Position numbers and translations under genes: made by a program. DNA of 62,044 bases, counting the filler. It is 5 parts of 5 records of this genome, joined end to end, with 100 filler letters (N's around TTAATTAATTAA, not from the genome) between each part and the next. Parts side by side here need not be neighbours in the genome. Positions count along the whole stretch, not along the records: positions 1 to 31,473 come from SRR20825010_4206; positions 31,574 to 43,411 come from SRR20825010_4209; 3 more parts are not named here. One strand, written 5' to 3'. The notes beneath the pieces were generated by a model. The model made no database searches. It worked only from the letters and a program-made list of their open reading frames with translations, and was not told where the DNA came from. Shown piece after piece: positions 21,775-31,896 of the stretch. Position 1 is the stretch's first letter, and every line of letters starts with the position of its first letter.

Positions 21775-22791
21775 ATGAGGAAACTGCTGTACGCTCTGGC
21801 AGCAAGCATGCTGCTGCTAACCTCCTGGGCCCACGCCGCCCCGGAACTGAGGTCCGATCATCCCGAGCGTTACACTGTCGTGAAGGGTGACACCCTGTGG
21901 GATATTTCCGCCCGCTTCCTGAATAACCCCTGGTACTGGCCGGAAATCTGGCACGTGAATCCACAGGTTGCAAACCCACACCTGATCTATCCGGGTGACG
22001 AGCTGGCGCTGGTCTATATTGACGGCAAGCCGCGTGTTACCAAGGTTTCCAGTGATCGGGTGGTGAAGCTTTCACCAAAAGTGCGTTCCGAGCCCATCGA
22101 TACGCCGATTCCCGCGATTCCCCTGGATGCGATCAGCAGTTTCCTGACCGACACGCGTATTGTTGACGTTGAGGCACTCAATGGCGCGCCTTACGTGCTG
22201 GAAGGCGAGGACGGCCGGATAATTACCGGCGCGGGTGATCGGATTTACGCCCGTGGTGAGAAGCCGGCTGACAATGTGGGCGTCTTCCGCCGCAGCAAGG
22301 AATTCCGCGATCCGGAAACCGGCGAGTTCCTTGGCCTTGAGGCCCGGAGTATTGCCCGCGGCGAAGTCATTGCCGAGAATAAAGACGTTCTGACACTCCG
22401 ACTGAAGCAGTCCAATGAGGAAGTGCGCATCGGGGACCGTCTGCTGGTTGGCGAAGAGCGTCGCATCACCACCAGTTTTGTGCCCAGCTCTCCCGACAGT
22501 GACATCGAGGCCCAGATGATCTCGGTCGATGGTGGTGTCAGCCAGATCGGGCAGTTTGACGTGGTGGCTATCAACCGCGGTGAACGGGAAGGTCTGAAGC
22601 CGGGCAATGTCATGGCCGTGCTGAAGAGTGGCAATCTGGTTCGGGACCCGGTCACCAATGAAACCATCGAACTGCCCTCCGAGCGTGCCGGGCTGATGAT
22701 GGTGTTCCAGACCTACGAGAAAATGAGCTATGGCCTGATCCTGCAGGCCACCCGTCCGTTGTCGGTTGGTGACAAGGTGACCAATCCCTGA
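21775..22791 (+). CDS. LysM peptidoglycan-binding protein (TsaP-like)
   Basis: Signal peptide; YTVVKGDTLWDIS...WPEIW..NP..NPHLIYPGD; conserved def-LysM-dprA synteny. Confidence 0.9.
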   Translation: MRKLLYALAASMLLLTSWAHAAPELRSDHPERYTVVKGDTLWDISARFLNNPWYWPEIWHVNPQVANPHLIYPGDELALVYIDGKPRVTKVSSDRVVKLSPKVRSEPIDTPIPAIPLDAISSFLTDTRIVDVEALNGAPYVLEGEDGRIITGAGDRIYARGEKPADNVGVFRRSKEFRDPETGEFLGLEARSIARGEVIAENKDVLTLRLKQSNEEVRIGDRLLVGEERRITTSFVPSSPDSDIEAQMISVDGGVSQIGQFDVVAINRGEREGLKPGNVMAVLKSGNLVRDPVTNETIELPSERAGLMMVFQTYEKMSYGLILQATRPLSVGDKVTNP

Positions 22792-22818
22792 GCTGATCAC
22801 AACGTAAGACGTCCGTAG

Positions 22819-22849
22819 AAAGGGAGCCGCATCGCCGGCTCCTTTTTTT
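22819..22849 (+). terminator. Intrinsic terminator
   Basis: GGAGCCG/CGGCTCC stem plus T7. Confidence 0.85.
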
Positions 22850-22921
22850 ATGGCATAATTCACCCTCGGCCTGCCAGGAAGGCAGGCCCCGTTAGCCAAC
22901 CCTGATCCACGGAAGGATGCC

Positions 22922-24088
22922 ATGCCCCTCTCTACCGAGCCCCTGTCTGTCCCGAACCTGTTCCAGTCGGAACACGGGGTCTGGATATTCCTGTCCTGTC
23001 TGCCGAAATTCGGAGCCCGTCGCCAGCAGGCGATCCTCGAACAGATTCCGGATTTCCAGCATCTCCTGACCCATAACGCCGCCACGCTGAAAGCACTGGG
23101 TTTGGCGGCGGAAACGATCGACGCTCTCCAGGCATGGCGCCGCCAGGACAGCGCTCACCCTGTGATCGCCAGCGCCGACGGCATATACCGGGATTGCCTG
23201 CGGACCGGCACGGCTATCCTGACCATCGCCGATGCCGACTACCCCGAGCCTCTCAGGCATATTCACGACGGGCCATTGGTCCTCTATGTGCGCGGTGATC
23301 GCTCCCTGCTGGGGCGCGAGCAGATCGGTATTGTAGGTAGCCGCAACGCCACCCGGGCCGGGCTGGAACATGCCCGTTCCTTTGCCGCGGCGCTCGGCCA
23401 AAAAGGCTTGCTGGTGACCAGCGGGTTGGCCCTGGGGGTGGACGGCGCCGCCCATGCCGGCGCCCTGGATGCCGGCTTCCCGACCGTCGCCGTGATTGGC
23501 AATGGTGTTGATAAGCCTTACCCCTACCGCCACCGCACGCTCAGTGAGCGCATCGCCGGAGAGGGAGTGATTGTGTCCGAATACCCGCCGGGCACCTCCG
23601 CCAAGGCGGGCCACTTCCCTCGCCGAAACCGGATTATCAGCGGCCTTAGTCGAGGTATCCTGGTGGTAGAGGCGGGACTCAAAAGCGGCTCCCTGATCAC
23701 CGCCCGACTGGCGCTGGAACAGGGGCGGGAGGTATTTGCGATTCCGGGCTCGGTCCACAATCCTTTGGCACGGGGCTGCCATCACCTGATACGCCAGGGT
23801 GCGAAGCTGGTGGAAACCGTGGACGATATCTGCGAGGAACTCGGCGGCTGGTGGACCAGTCAGAACGAGGGCGATTCCTCTTCGGTGATCATGAAAAGGC
23901 CAGCACCCGAAGGCCTGGACTCCCGGGAAATCGCGGTGTTGGAGGCTTTAGGGTATGATCCGCAGTCAACCGATGATTTGTGTTCAGTGACCGGTCTTCC
24001 CGCCGATCAGTTGATGCAGTCGCTGCTTCTCTTGGAGTTACAGGGATTGGTGGATTCTGCGCCGGGAGGGTTTCAACGGATTGGCTGA
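22922..24088 (+). CDS. dprA: DNA-protecting protein DprA/Smf
   Basis: IVGSRNAT, SGLALGVDGAAH, FPRRNRIISGLS, SGSLITA, GREVFAIPG; C-terminal winged helix. Confidence 0.97.
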   Translation: MPLSTEPLSVPNLFQSEHGVWIFLSCLPKFGARRQQAILEQIPDFQHLLTHNAATLKALGLAAETIDALQAWRRQDSAHPVIASADGIYRDCLRTGTAILTIADADYPEPLRHIHDGPLVLYVRGDRSLLGREQIGIVGSRNATRAGLEHARSFAAALGQKGLLVTSGLALGVDGAAHAGALDAGFPTVAVIGNGVDKPYPYRHRTLSERIAGEGVIVSEYPPGTSAKAGHFPRRNRIISGLSRGILVVEAGLKSGSLITARLALEQGREVFAIPGSVHNPLARGCHHLIRQGAKLVETVDDICEELGGWWTSQNEGDSSSVIMKRPAPEGLDSREIAVLEALGYDPQSTDDLCSVTGLPADQLMQSLLLLELQGLVDSAPGGFQRIG

Positions 24089-24114
24089 GCCACGTTTACA
24101 GACTTGAAGATTTC

Positions 24115-24690
24115 ATGAAATTACCACAGCAACCTTTGTCCGACTGGCACCTTCATTGCGCCCGCCGCACCGTCCTTGGTGGCGGGGTCATTGCCTATCC
24201 CACGGAAGCCGTCTGGGGGCTGGGTTGTGACCCCTGGGATCAGGACGCCGTTGAACGGGTCCTGTCGCTCAAGCAGCGTCCCATGGAGAAGGGACTGATC
24301 CTTGTGGCGGCGTCTGTTGATCAGATACGGTTCCTGTTGGACCCATTGCCGAAGGAGCAGCAGCGCCAGGCGATGAGTCATTGGCCTGGCCCGGTTACCT
24401 GTCTTCTGCCGGATATCCGCAAGCAAATCCCACAACAGGTTCGGGGGCATCACAGCTCCATCGCTGTCAGGGTCAGTGACCACCCTGTTGTGCGCGCCTT
24501 GTGCGAGGCGGTCGGCTTTCCCCTGGTTTCAACCTCCTGTAATCCGGCAGGACGCCAGCCGGCCCGTTCCTCCTGGCAGGTGCGTCGTTACTTCGAGGGC
24601 CAACTGGATTGGCTGGTGCCAGGAGACCTGGGCGGTAATCGTCAACCCAGCCGTATCATCGATATCGTCAGCGGAAAGCAACTGCGCTAG
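24115..24690 (+). CDS. tsaC: L-threonylcarbamoyladenylate synthase (YrdC/Sua5)
   Basis: [35 protein letters not shown] 24115. Confidence 0.93.
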   Translation: MKLPQQPLSDWHLHCARRTVLGGGVIAYPTEAVWGLGCDPWDQDAVERVLSLKQRPMEKGLILVAASVDQIRFLLDPLPKEQQRQAMSHWPGPVTCLLPDIRKQIPQQVRGHHSSIAVRVSDHPVVRALCEAVGFPLVSTSCNPAGRQPARSSWQVRRYFEGQLDWLVPGDLGGNRQPSRIIDIVSGKQLR

Positions 24691-24698
24691 GAGTTCCC

Positions 24699-25640
24699 AT
24701 GTCTCAGCACCCTGTCCAGCACCCCGACACCAATGCCGTGAAACAATACCTGCTTGGCCTGCAGGGTCGAATCTGCGAACGGCTGGCTGCGGTCGATGGC
24801 AAGGGCGTTTTTGAAACCGATGCCTGGGACCGGCCCGAGGGCGGAGGTGGCATCAGCCGGGTGATCACCGATGGCGAGGTGTTCGAGAAAGGCGGTGTAA
24901 ATTTCTCCCATGTGATGGGCGAGACCATGCCTGCGTCAGCCACCGCGCATAGACCCCACCTGGCGGGTGCGCCCTGGCAAGCCATGGGGGTGTCTCTGGT
25001 CATGCACCCTTCGAACCCCTACGTACCCACGTCCCACGCCAACGTCCGGTTTTTTGTTGCGACCCCCGAGGATGCAGAGCCGGTCTATTGGTTTGGCGGG
25101 GGTTATGACCTTACGCCCTATTACGGCTTCGACGAGGATTGCGTCCATTGGCACCGGGTTGCGAAAGCCGCTTGTGATCCTTTCGGCGACCAACTGTATC
25201 GTGAGTACAAGCACTGGTGTGACAACTATTTCTACCTCAAACACCGGGACGAGCCGCGGGGCGTGGGAGGGTTGTTTTTTGACGACCACAACACCGGGGA
25301 TTTCAGCCGTGATTTTGCCTTGATGCAGTCAGTCGGGGACAGCTTCATCGATGCCTATGAGCCCATTATCGAGCGACGAAAAGCCATGGTGTGGGGCGAT
25401 CGCGAGCGCGATTTCCAGCTGTACCGCCGCGGCCGCTACGTGGAGTTCAACCTGGTGTACGACCGGGGCACCCTGTTTGGCCTGCAGTCCGGTGGCCGTA
25501 CCGAATCCATCCTGATGTCGCTGCCTCCGCTGGTGCGCTGGGAGTACGACTTCGTGCCGGAGCCCGGATCGGAGGAAGCGCGGCTGACGGACTACTTTCT
25601 TACCGGGCGGGACTGGCTGGAGAGCGCTGATGCACAATGA
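24699..25640 (+). CDS. hemF: Oxygen-dependent coproporphyrinogen III oxidase
   Basis: [48 protein letters not shown]. Confidence 0.98.
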   Translation: MSQHPVQHPDTNAVKQYLLGLQGRICERLAAVDGKGVFETDAWDRPEGGGGISRVITDGEVFEKGGVNFSHVMGETMPASATAHRPHLAGAPWQAMGVSLVMHPSNPYVPTSHANVRFFVATPEDAEPVYWFGGGYDLTPYYGFDEDCVHWHRVAKAACDPFGDQLYREYKHWCDNYFYLKHRDEPRGVGGLFFDDHNTGDFSRDFALMQSVGDSFIDAYEPIIERRKAMVWGDRERDFQLYRRGRYVEFNLVYDRGTLFGLQSGGRTESILMSLPPLVRWEYDFVPEPGSEEARLTDYFLTGRDWLESADAQ

Positions 25641-26457
25641 TCTGTATGCGGTGGTTGGCAATCCGATCAGTCACAGCAAATCCCCCCGCATTCATAGCCT
25701 GTTTGCCCGCCAGACCGGCGAGCAGCTGGAATACACGGCCATACAGGCGCCGGAAGACGATTTCGCGAATACCGTAAAAGGCTTTTTTGAACGCGGTGGC
25801 AAAGGGTTGAATATCACCGTGCCTTTCAAGGAGCAGGCCTGGCAGTTGGCGGACCTGCGGACCCAGCGCGCCGAGCGAGCGGGTGCGGCGAACACACTCT
25901 ACAAAGACAGTAAAGGCTCACTTACCGCCGATAACACCGATGGCAAAGGATTGGTTACCGACCTGATGGTCAACCATGGCGTTCGCCTGGCGGGTAAACG
26001 CCTGCTGGTGCTGGGCGCAGGCGGGGCCGTTCGTGGTGTTCTGGGGCCGATTCTTGCTGAAGAGCCCGCTGCCCTGACGATTGCCAACCGCACCCTGGCA
26101 AAAGCCGAGGGGCTGGTCAGTTTCTTTGAATCCGTGGCCGGCGATACGCACCTGGAGGCCTGCGGATTCGAACAGCCGGCCGACGCTTTCGACGTTATCA
26201 TCAACGGCACCAGTGCCAGCCTGCAGGGAGATTTGCCGCCGGTTTCCACAAGTGTGATCGGTGCCGACACGGTGATCTACGACATGATGTATTCTCTGCA
26301 GACCACCACCTTCAACCAGTGGGCTCTGGACCAGGGAGCCACCCGGGTGTTCGATGGCCTGGGCATGCTGGTGGAACAGGCGGCGGAGTCGTTCCGGATA
26401 TGGCGTGGAAAAACTCCGGACACCCGTCCGGTGATTGAAGAATTGCGAAACGACTGA
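25630..26457 (+). CDS. aroE: Shikimate dehydrogenase
   Basis: [38 protein letters not shown]. Confidence 0.97.
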   Translation: MHNDLYAVVGNPISHSKSPRIHSLFARQTGEQLEYTAIQAPEDDFANTVKGFFERGGKGLNITVPFKEQAWQLADLRTQRAERAGAANTLYKDSKGSLTADNTDGKGLVTDLMVNHGVRLAGKRLLVLGAGGAVRGVLGPILAEEPAALTIANRTLAKAEGLVSFFESVAGDTHLEACGFEQPADAFDVIINGTSASLQGDLPPVSTSVIGADTVIYDMMYSLQTTTFNQWALDQGATRVFDGLGMLVEQAAESFRIWRGKTPDTRPVIEELRND

Positions 26458-26541
26458 GCCCAACCCGGATGAATGGGCTATGCTTCGCAGGTGCAAACGG
26501 TTCCCGAAGATCGCTGATTAATCGCTGATTTAAGGTCTCTG

Positions 26542-27315
26542 ATGGATATACTCACCCTTGTCGGGCTGGTGGCAGGCGTACTGATTGTCGTGCTTGCGAT
26601 GCTGGCTAACGCGTCGATACTGACCTTTTTCAACCTTCCGGGGTTGGCGATTGTGCTGGGTGGCACGTTTGCCGTTACCCTGATCAAGTTTCGTCTGCCT
26701 TCGGTGATGAGTGCTTTCAGGCTGGCGTTTTCAGCGGCATTCAAGGACCGCGTAGAACGGCCGGCGGAGTTGATCCGCGAAGTTGGCACATTGGCTCTTG
26801 TCGTTCGCAAGGAAGGTATCCTGGGCCTGGAAAACCACCCCACCAAAAACGAGTTTCTGCAAAAGGCCATCAATCTGTGCGTGGACGGCCACCCACCGGA
26901 GCTGGTTGAAGAAGCTCTGGCCCAGGAAACCCAACAGACGGCTGAGCGTTACGAAGTCTCCGAAAGGGTATTTCGTGGTATTGGTGAATCCGCTCCGGCC
27001 ATCGGTATGCTGGGTACGCTGGTTGGCCTGGTGCAGATGCTCAACACCCTCGACGATCCGTCCTCCATTGGCCCGGCCATGGCGATCGCCCTGCTGACCA
27101 CGCTCTATGGCGCCTTCATCGCCCAGCTGATCGCCCTGCCCCTGGCCGACAAGCTGCAGCTCAAGGCCGAAGATGAGGCACGTAACCAGGTACTGATCAC
27201 CACGTCGATGCGTACTATCATGCGCGGCGAGAATCCCCGGGTGATGACCGAACTGCTGTCGTCCTTCGTAACGCCGGAGCAGCGCAACGGTCTTGCGCCG
27301 GAGCGGGAGGCGTAG
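26542..27315 (+). CDS. pomA: Flagellar stator A subunit (PomA/MotA family)
   Basis: IVLGGT, RKEGILGLE, APAIGMLGTLVGLVQML, GPAMAIALLTTLYG. Confidence 0.88.
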   Translation: MDILTLVGLVAGVLIVVLAMLANASILTFFNLPGLAIVLGGTFAVTLIKFRLPSVMSAFRLAFSAAFKDRVERPAELIREVGTLALVVRKEGILGLENHPTKNEFLQKAINLCVDGHPPELVEEALAQETQQTAERYEVSERVFRGIGESAPAIGMLGTLVGLVQMLNTLDDPSSIGPAMAIALLTTLYGAFIAQLIALPLADKLQLKAEDEARNQVLITTSMRTIMRGENPRVMTELLSSFVTPEQRNGLAPEREA

Positions 27316-27318
27316 GTT

Positions 27319-28152
27319 TTGGTGGTCCGCCAGCCCGTCAAAAAGAAGAAGCATGGTCGTGGCTCCCCGGCCTGGATCGTCACCTTTGCCGATCTGGCCA
27401 CCCTGCTGCTGACCTTTTTTATCCTGTTGCTGTCCTTCGCCGAAATGGATGTTGAAAAATACCGTGCTATGGCCAATTCCATGGCGGTGGCCTTCGGCAG
27501 CAACCAGGTGCTCGGCGATGCGGTGGGGGGCTCGCCGCTGACATTGATTGAGTCGGATACGGTTTCCCTGCCGGAGCCAATGGAGACGGCGACCGACGAG
27601 CCCGAATTTATTGATGAACGCGCGGAGGGGGATGCCCCGACCAAAATTCCGGCGGGTGTGATCGATCTGGCCAGCCGAATGATCGAAGAGCTTGAACCGG
27701 AAGTGGCTTCGGAGGCATTGAGCGTCAACTACGATGAAAGCCGGGTGGTGATCCGGTTTTCGGAGGAAGCCACGTTCCGCTCCGGAGAAGCGGCGATCAA
27801 GCCGGGAATGGTGCCGATCATCGAGCGGGTGGTAGAGGTGTTGTCTGGTTGCACCGGTGACGTTCTGGTGGCGGGTTACACGGATGACCGCCCGATAGCC
27901 AGTGGCCGCTATCGCTCTAACTGGGACCTGTCTGCCGCGCGTGCCGTGTCGGTGGTTCACGAGCTGGTGCTGAATCGTCAGGTGCCGGCGGAGCGGGTTG
28001 TCGCGGCGGGCCGGGCGGAAACCAACCCGCTGGCGCCCAACGACAGCCCGGAGAACCGGGCCAAGAACCGAAGAGTGGAGATCGCCATCCGCAACCCGCA
28101 ATGCGACGACAGCGTGGAGACGGATCAGTTACCGGTGGAAATTAACCCGTGA
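27319..28152 (+). CDS. motB: Flagellar stator B subunit (PomB/MotB family)
   Basis: PAWIVTFADLATLLLTFFILLLSF plus OmpA-like domain GYTDD, NWDLSAARA, NRRVEI. Confidence 0.9.
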   Translation: MVVRQPVKKKKHGRGSPAWIVTFADLATLLLTFFILLLSFAEMDVEKYRAMANSMAVAFGSNQVLGDAVGGSPLTLIESDTVSLPEPMETATDEPEFIDERAEGDAPTKIPAGVIDLASRMIEELEPEVASEALSVNYDESRVVIRFSEEATFRSGEAAIKPGMVPIIERVVEVLSGCTGDVLVAGYTDDRPIASGRYRSNWDLSAARAVSVVHELVLNRQVPAERVVAAGRAETNPLAPNDSPENRAKNRRVEIAIRNPQCDDSVETDQLPVEINP

Positions 28153-28298
28153 AGTTCGCATATGCCTGCCGGGAAGCTCCTCATAGTGAATTTATATAAC
28201 CCCGGCGCTTTTAGATCTTTATACTGTGCAGCCCAACGCAAACACATTTGTCGTAACTATTTGCTGTAAAAAGCTGTAACGAAAAGGCCAGAGAGATT

Positions 28299-28616
28299 AT
28301 GAGCGGACCTGACAAACCGAAAGTGATTGGTGAGGAATGGAGCGATGAGCGGGTAAAGAGCTTCCTGGCCATTACGCCCTACGACAGCAACATCAATCCT
28401 GACTTCAATGCCCTGATCAAGGCCTACCAGGCCATGATTGCCGAAGACTTTGACCGTTTCGTCGGTTTCTTTGTGGAAGCGGGGCGGGATCTCAACGCAG
28501 TTGATGAAAATGGTGAGACTATCCTGGACCTGGTGTCGCGGCACCGTCGTAGCACCGCTTACGCTGAGACACTTCGCAAAGCCGGCGCAAAAACAACGGC
28601 AGAGGCCGGGAGCTGA
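28299..28616 (+). CDS. PA4642-family protein (ankyrin-like C-terminus)
   Basis: KVIGEE, LIKAY, DFDRFVGFFVEAGRDLNAVDENG. Confidence 0.75.
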   Translation: MSGPDKPKVIGEEWSDERVKSFLAITPYDSNINPDFNALIKAYQAMIAEDFDRFVGFFVEAGRDLNAVDENGETILDLVSRHRRSTAYAETLRKAGAKTTAEAGS

Positions 28617-28647
28617 GCCCCGGCTCTACCATTGACGGCCCGCCGGT

Positions 28648-29103
28648 TTACTGCACGTCCACCTCAATAGCTTTGGGTTCGGCCGGCTCGGCCTTGGTTA
28701 ACGTCAGCGACAGGATGCCATCCTTGAAGTTGGCCCGGATACTGTTCTCATCCACATTCTCCGGCAGGGTGAACCGGCGCAGGAAGCTGCCATAGATTCG
28801 CTCCACGCGATGGTGCTTGCTGTCGTTGGTTTCTTCCTCTTGCTTGCGCTCACCCTGGATGCTCAACACGCCATCCTGCACGGTGACTTTTACATCATCC
28901 TTTGACATGCCCGGCAGTTCCGCCTCAATGCGGAACGCTTCCGGTGTTTCCCGGATATCCACCGCCGGTGCCCAGTCGCTGCGGCTGAACAGGTCTTTAC
29001 CCTCACGCTCGCCATTGCCACGGGCAAGGCCGAAGTAGCGGTTGTAGCGGTTAATCAGGTCTTCGAACTCGTTGACCGGATTCCAGCGAGTAATGTTGGT
29101 CAT
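28648..29103 (-). CDS. Hsp20/alpha-crystallin small heat-shock protein
   Basis: WAPAVDIRET, AELPG, ERIYGSFLRRFTLP, FKDGIL; RBS AGGAGG. Confidence 0.95.
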   Translation of the reverse strand: MTNITRWNPVNEFEDLINRYNRYFGLARGNGEREGKDLFSRSDWAPAVDIRETPEAFRIEAELPGMSKDDVKVTVQDGVLSIQGERKQEEETNDSKHHRVERIYGSFLRRFTLPENVDENSIRANFKDGILSLTLTKAEPAEPKAIEVDVQ

Positions 29104-29218
29104 ATGAAACCCCTCCTACGAATCTGAAATCACACGTTGATGTCAGCTTCGCTCGCGGAACAGCTCCATACCGGTGGCGCCAGCCGGATGGTTTTCCGTG
29201 AACTTCTGCTATTTTCGA

Positions 29219-29246
29219 ATGTAGGATCGGTCGCTTATTTTTCAAT
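29219..29246 (-). promoter_or_regulatory. Possible sigma-32 promoter for hsp20
   Basis: Minus strand ATTGAA-N16-CTACAT versus consensus CTTGAA-N13-17-CCCCAT. Confidence 0.3.
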
Positions 29247-30854
29247 AGTGTCTGCAGCAGAAATTTTTACCGGGATGAGAGACGGGCTGAAAGCCTGATG
29301 AAGGAAGGGCCGGAAACTGGCCATTGAAGGCCCCGGTTGACCCGAGTGAGGGTGCGCGCCCCAACGGAATCCGCGTAAGCCTTCCTGATCACCGCTTCCA
29401 ACAAACGGTGCCAGCATTGTGGGGTCGGCGCTGATCACATGAACAACGACGTCGCGGCTGGCGTTGTCGCCTGTGATCAAAGGGGCCGCCTGATGGTCAC
29501 CTGTCAGCACCAGCAGGGTCTTGTTATCCACATGACGTTTGGCGTACTCGGTGGCCACGTTCAGCGCATAATCCAGCGAGCGGGCGTAGTGATCGCGTAC
29601 GCGCTCGGGGTCCCGCCACAGGCTTGCGGGTGCTTCGCCGGCATCTTTCCAGCGGTTAAAGATTTCTCCATCGCCAATGCTGTCCCAATCGTCCAGAACC
29701 GGGAGTATGGGGACCCATGGCGCGTGGCTGCTGATCAGTGCCACTTCAGCGAACACAGGGGTATGATCGGCGCGCTCCCGAATCTGGCGTTGGAACCATG
29801 ACCAGGTGTACTGATCCGGCATGGTGACCCAGTTCAGGGCGGGTCCACAATAGCCCATGGAGGTGGAGTGATAGATGCGGTTGTAGCCGAACGCAAGACC
29901 CTCCGGCCACTCGCGGGTAATGGCGGGCATAACAGCCACGGAATCATGGCCAGTCGCGCCCATATCGTCAATCAGTGTGGGATAGTCACTGGCCAGGAAA
30001 GTGTCGTAATCGAGTTGGGTATCGATCCATTGGCCGCTGAGCAGCGTGGTATGCGCCAGCCAGGATTGACCACCCTGAACGGGGGATTGCAGGCGGCCCG
30101 TGACCATATGCAGGCCGGCGTTCGCCAGCACCTGCTCCATTTGCTGGAGGCGAGGCTGGATCAGGCGCCCGTAACGCGGGTCGGTGACGGATGATATGCC
30201 GTAGGACTCAATGAACCCCAGGATCACATCGGTTTGAGCAAGCGCTTGCAGTGGCCTGGATTGGCTCGCGCCCGGGTTATCCATCAAATGTTGTTGGAAA
30301 GAGGCCGTTGACTGATAGGTATCAGCGGCCAGTTCAACTTGCTGAGTGGCTGCCCGGGCTGCCGTCAGGCCTACGAATGGTTGCGGTAAGAACGTTACCC
30401 CGATGGCGACGATGCCCAGAGACGCAACAGCCCTTGCCGCGGCGCGGGAACGGTTTGCATCAACCTGCCGGAGCAACCGGCTCACGCAGATGCCCAACCC
30501 CACGAAGACAGTCAGGGCCATGACGATCAGCACCAGCGACAGCATCACGCCCAGGTTGCTCTGCAACAGGTTAAACACCGAACCGGCAAGTCCCAACTCG
30601 AGATAGAGATTGAAAGGTCGCCCGATGCTGTGGCGAACCAGAACATCACTCAGTGCAAAGAAGGCGAGGAGGCCAAAGAGAGCGCCAACAGTTGCCGCTC
30701 CGACACGCTTCCCCGTGCTTTCAGGTAGAAGAGCGAACAGTCCACTGATCAACAGGGCTTCCGCTGCCAACCAGGGCATCTGGGGATAGTGAGGCAGCAG
30801 CAACGCCAGGAACAGAACGTTCAGCAGGATGGTGGTGAGTAACAGTCGCTTCAA
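29235..30854 (-). CDS. Membrane-bound sulfatase/alkaline-phosphatase-superfamily protein
   Basis: N-terminal TM helices; FIESYG, SPVQGGQSWLAH, PDQYT, SSHAPW, GDHQ motifs; TTG start behind GGAG. Confidence 0.75.
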   Translation of the reverse strand: MKRLLLTTILLNVLFLALLLPHYPQMPWLAAEALLISGLFALLPESTGKRVGAATVGALFGLLAFFALSDVLVRHSIGRPFNLYLELGLAGSVFNLLQSNLGVMLSLVLIVMALTVFVGLGICVSRLLRQVDANRSRAAARAVASLGIVAIGVTFLPQPFVGLTAARAATQQVELAADTYQSTASFQQHLMDNPGASQSRPLQALAQTDVILGFIESYGISSVTDPRYGRLIQPRLQQMEQVLANAGLHMVTGRLQSPVQGGQSWLAHTTLLSGQWIDTQLDYDTFLASDYPTLIDDMGATGHDSVAVMPAITREWPEGLAFGYNRIYHSTSMGYCGPALNWVTMPDQYTWSWFQRQIRERADHTPVFAEVALISSHAPWVPILPVLDDWDSIGDGEIFNRWKDAGEAPASLWRDPERVRDHYARSLDYALNVATEYAKRHVDNKTLLVLTGDHQAAPLITGDNASRDVVVHVISADPTMLAPFVGSGDQEGLRGFRWGAHPHSGQPGPSMASFRPFLHQAFSPSLIPVKISAADTIEK

Positions 30855-30869
30855 TGGCGGATCTCTCCA

Positions 30870-31406
30870 CTAAACCTCATTGAGATAGTCGTCCTTGAGT
30901 TTGACGTAATTGGCCGCGGTGTACTTGAAGAAGGTCTTTTCCTGATCCGACAACGCCCGGGCCTGTTTGCAGGGTGACCCAACGTACAGGTAACCGGACT
31001 CCAGGGTTTTGCCCGGCGGCACCAGGCAGCCTGCGGCGACAATCACTTCGTCCTCCACCACGGCGCCGTCCATGATGATGCAACCCATACCTACCAGCAC
31101 CCGATTACCAATGGTGCAGCCGTGCAGCAGCGCCTTGTGGCCAACGGTCACGTCATCCCCGACCAGAAGTGGATAGCCACCGGGGTTATAATCACTGGCA
31201 TGAGTGATGTGCAGCACCGACCCATCCTGAATGCTGCAGCGGTTGCCGATGCGAATCTTGTGCATGTCGCCGCGCACCACGGTCATCGGCCAGATAGAGA
31301 CGTCATCCCCGGTCTGGACATCCCCGATGACTACTGCGCTTGGGTCAATCCAGGCGCGTTCTCCAAATTGTGGCGTGTTACCCTTGTGTGTTCGTACATT
31401 CGACAT
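30870..31406 (-). CDS. Gamma carbonic anhydrase family protein (YrdA-like)
   Basis: Hexapeptide repeats, VRGD, IQDGSVLH, VGHKALLHGC. Confidence 0.95.
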   Translation of the reverse strand: MSNVRTHKGNTPQFGERAWIDPSAVVIGDVQTGDDVSIWPMTVVRGDMHKIRIGNRCSIQDGSVLHITHASDYNPGGYPLLVGDDVTVGHKALLHGCTIGNRVLVGMGCIIMDGAVVEDEVIVAAGCLVPPGKTLESGYLYVGSPCKQARALSDQEKTFFKYTAANYVKLKDDYLNEV

Positions 31407-31473
31407 TACATATACTCTTGAAATGGATTATTGCTTGTGGGGAAGGAGTCTCTGGGTGAGGCCTTTCCAAAAC

Positions 31474-31573
31474 NNNNNNNNNNNNNNNNNNNNNNNNNNN
31501 NNNNNNNNNNNNNNNNNTTAATTAATTAANNNNNNNNNNNNNNNNNNNNNNNNNNNNNNNNNNNNNNNNNNNN
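31474..31573. other. Artificial contig linker
   Basis: 44 N + TTAATTAATTAA (stops in all six frames) + 44 N. Confidence 0.99.
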
Positions 31574-31575
31574 CC

Positions 31576-31863
31576 TATAACGCCTCCAAGACCGGCGCAA
31601 TCGGGTTGACCCGGACATTGGGGCAAGCCTGGGCTGGTGAAGGCATTCGCGTGAACGGCGTCGCCCCCGGGCTGGTGGATACCAAGCTGACCAAGGTAAC
31701 GACGGACAACCCGAAACGCCGTGACGCTGCGATCTCGACAATCCCGCAAGGACGTCTCGGCACCCCGGAAGACATTGCGGGTGCCGTGCTCTATCTTGTG
31801 TCACCCCTCGCAAGTTACGTGATTGGCCAGACGATTGTCGTTGATGGCGGACTTATTCTCTAA
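31576..31863 (+). CDS. SDR oxidoreductase, 5'-truncated
   Basis: Frame starts YNASK (YxxxK); IRVNGVAPG, GRLGTPEDIA, GQTIVVDGG. Confidence 0.9.
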   Translation, partial: YNASKTGAIGLTRTLGQAWAGEGIRVNGVAPGLVDTKLTKVTTDNPKRRDAAISTIPQGRLGTPEDIAGAVLYLVSPLASYVIGQTIVVDGGLIL

Positions 31864-31896
31864 TTTCGGCGCAGCAGAATAACAAAGGATAAAAGC

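Noticed and set aside
26731..28101. Long antisense ORFs (456 aa here; also 22072-23085, 6035-6904, 34972-35916)
   Set aside because: Shadows of real genes in GC-rich DNA, with no motifs or RBS
26542..28152. MotA/MotB-like pair as a Zorya defence system
   Set aside because: The A subunit is 257 aa with no long ZorA tail, no zorC/D/E genes are adjacent, and the motifs are those of ordinary stators
29104..29218. ROSE-type RNA thermometer in the hsp20 leader
   Set aside because: No U(U/C)GCU motif pairing with the SD, and only weak pairing was found by eye
31518..31529. TTAATTAATTAA recurring four times inside N-runs
   Set aside because: Synthetic six-frame-stop linker, not a biological repeat or CRISPR
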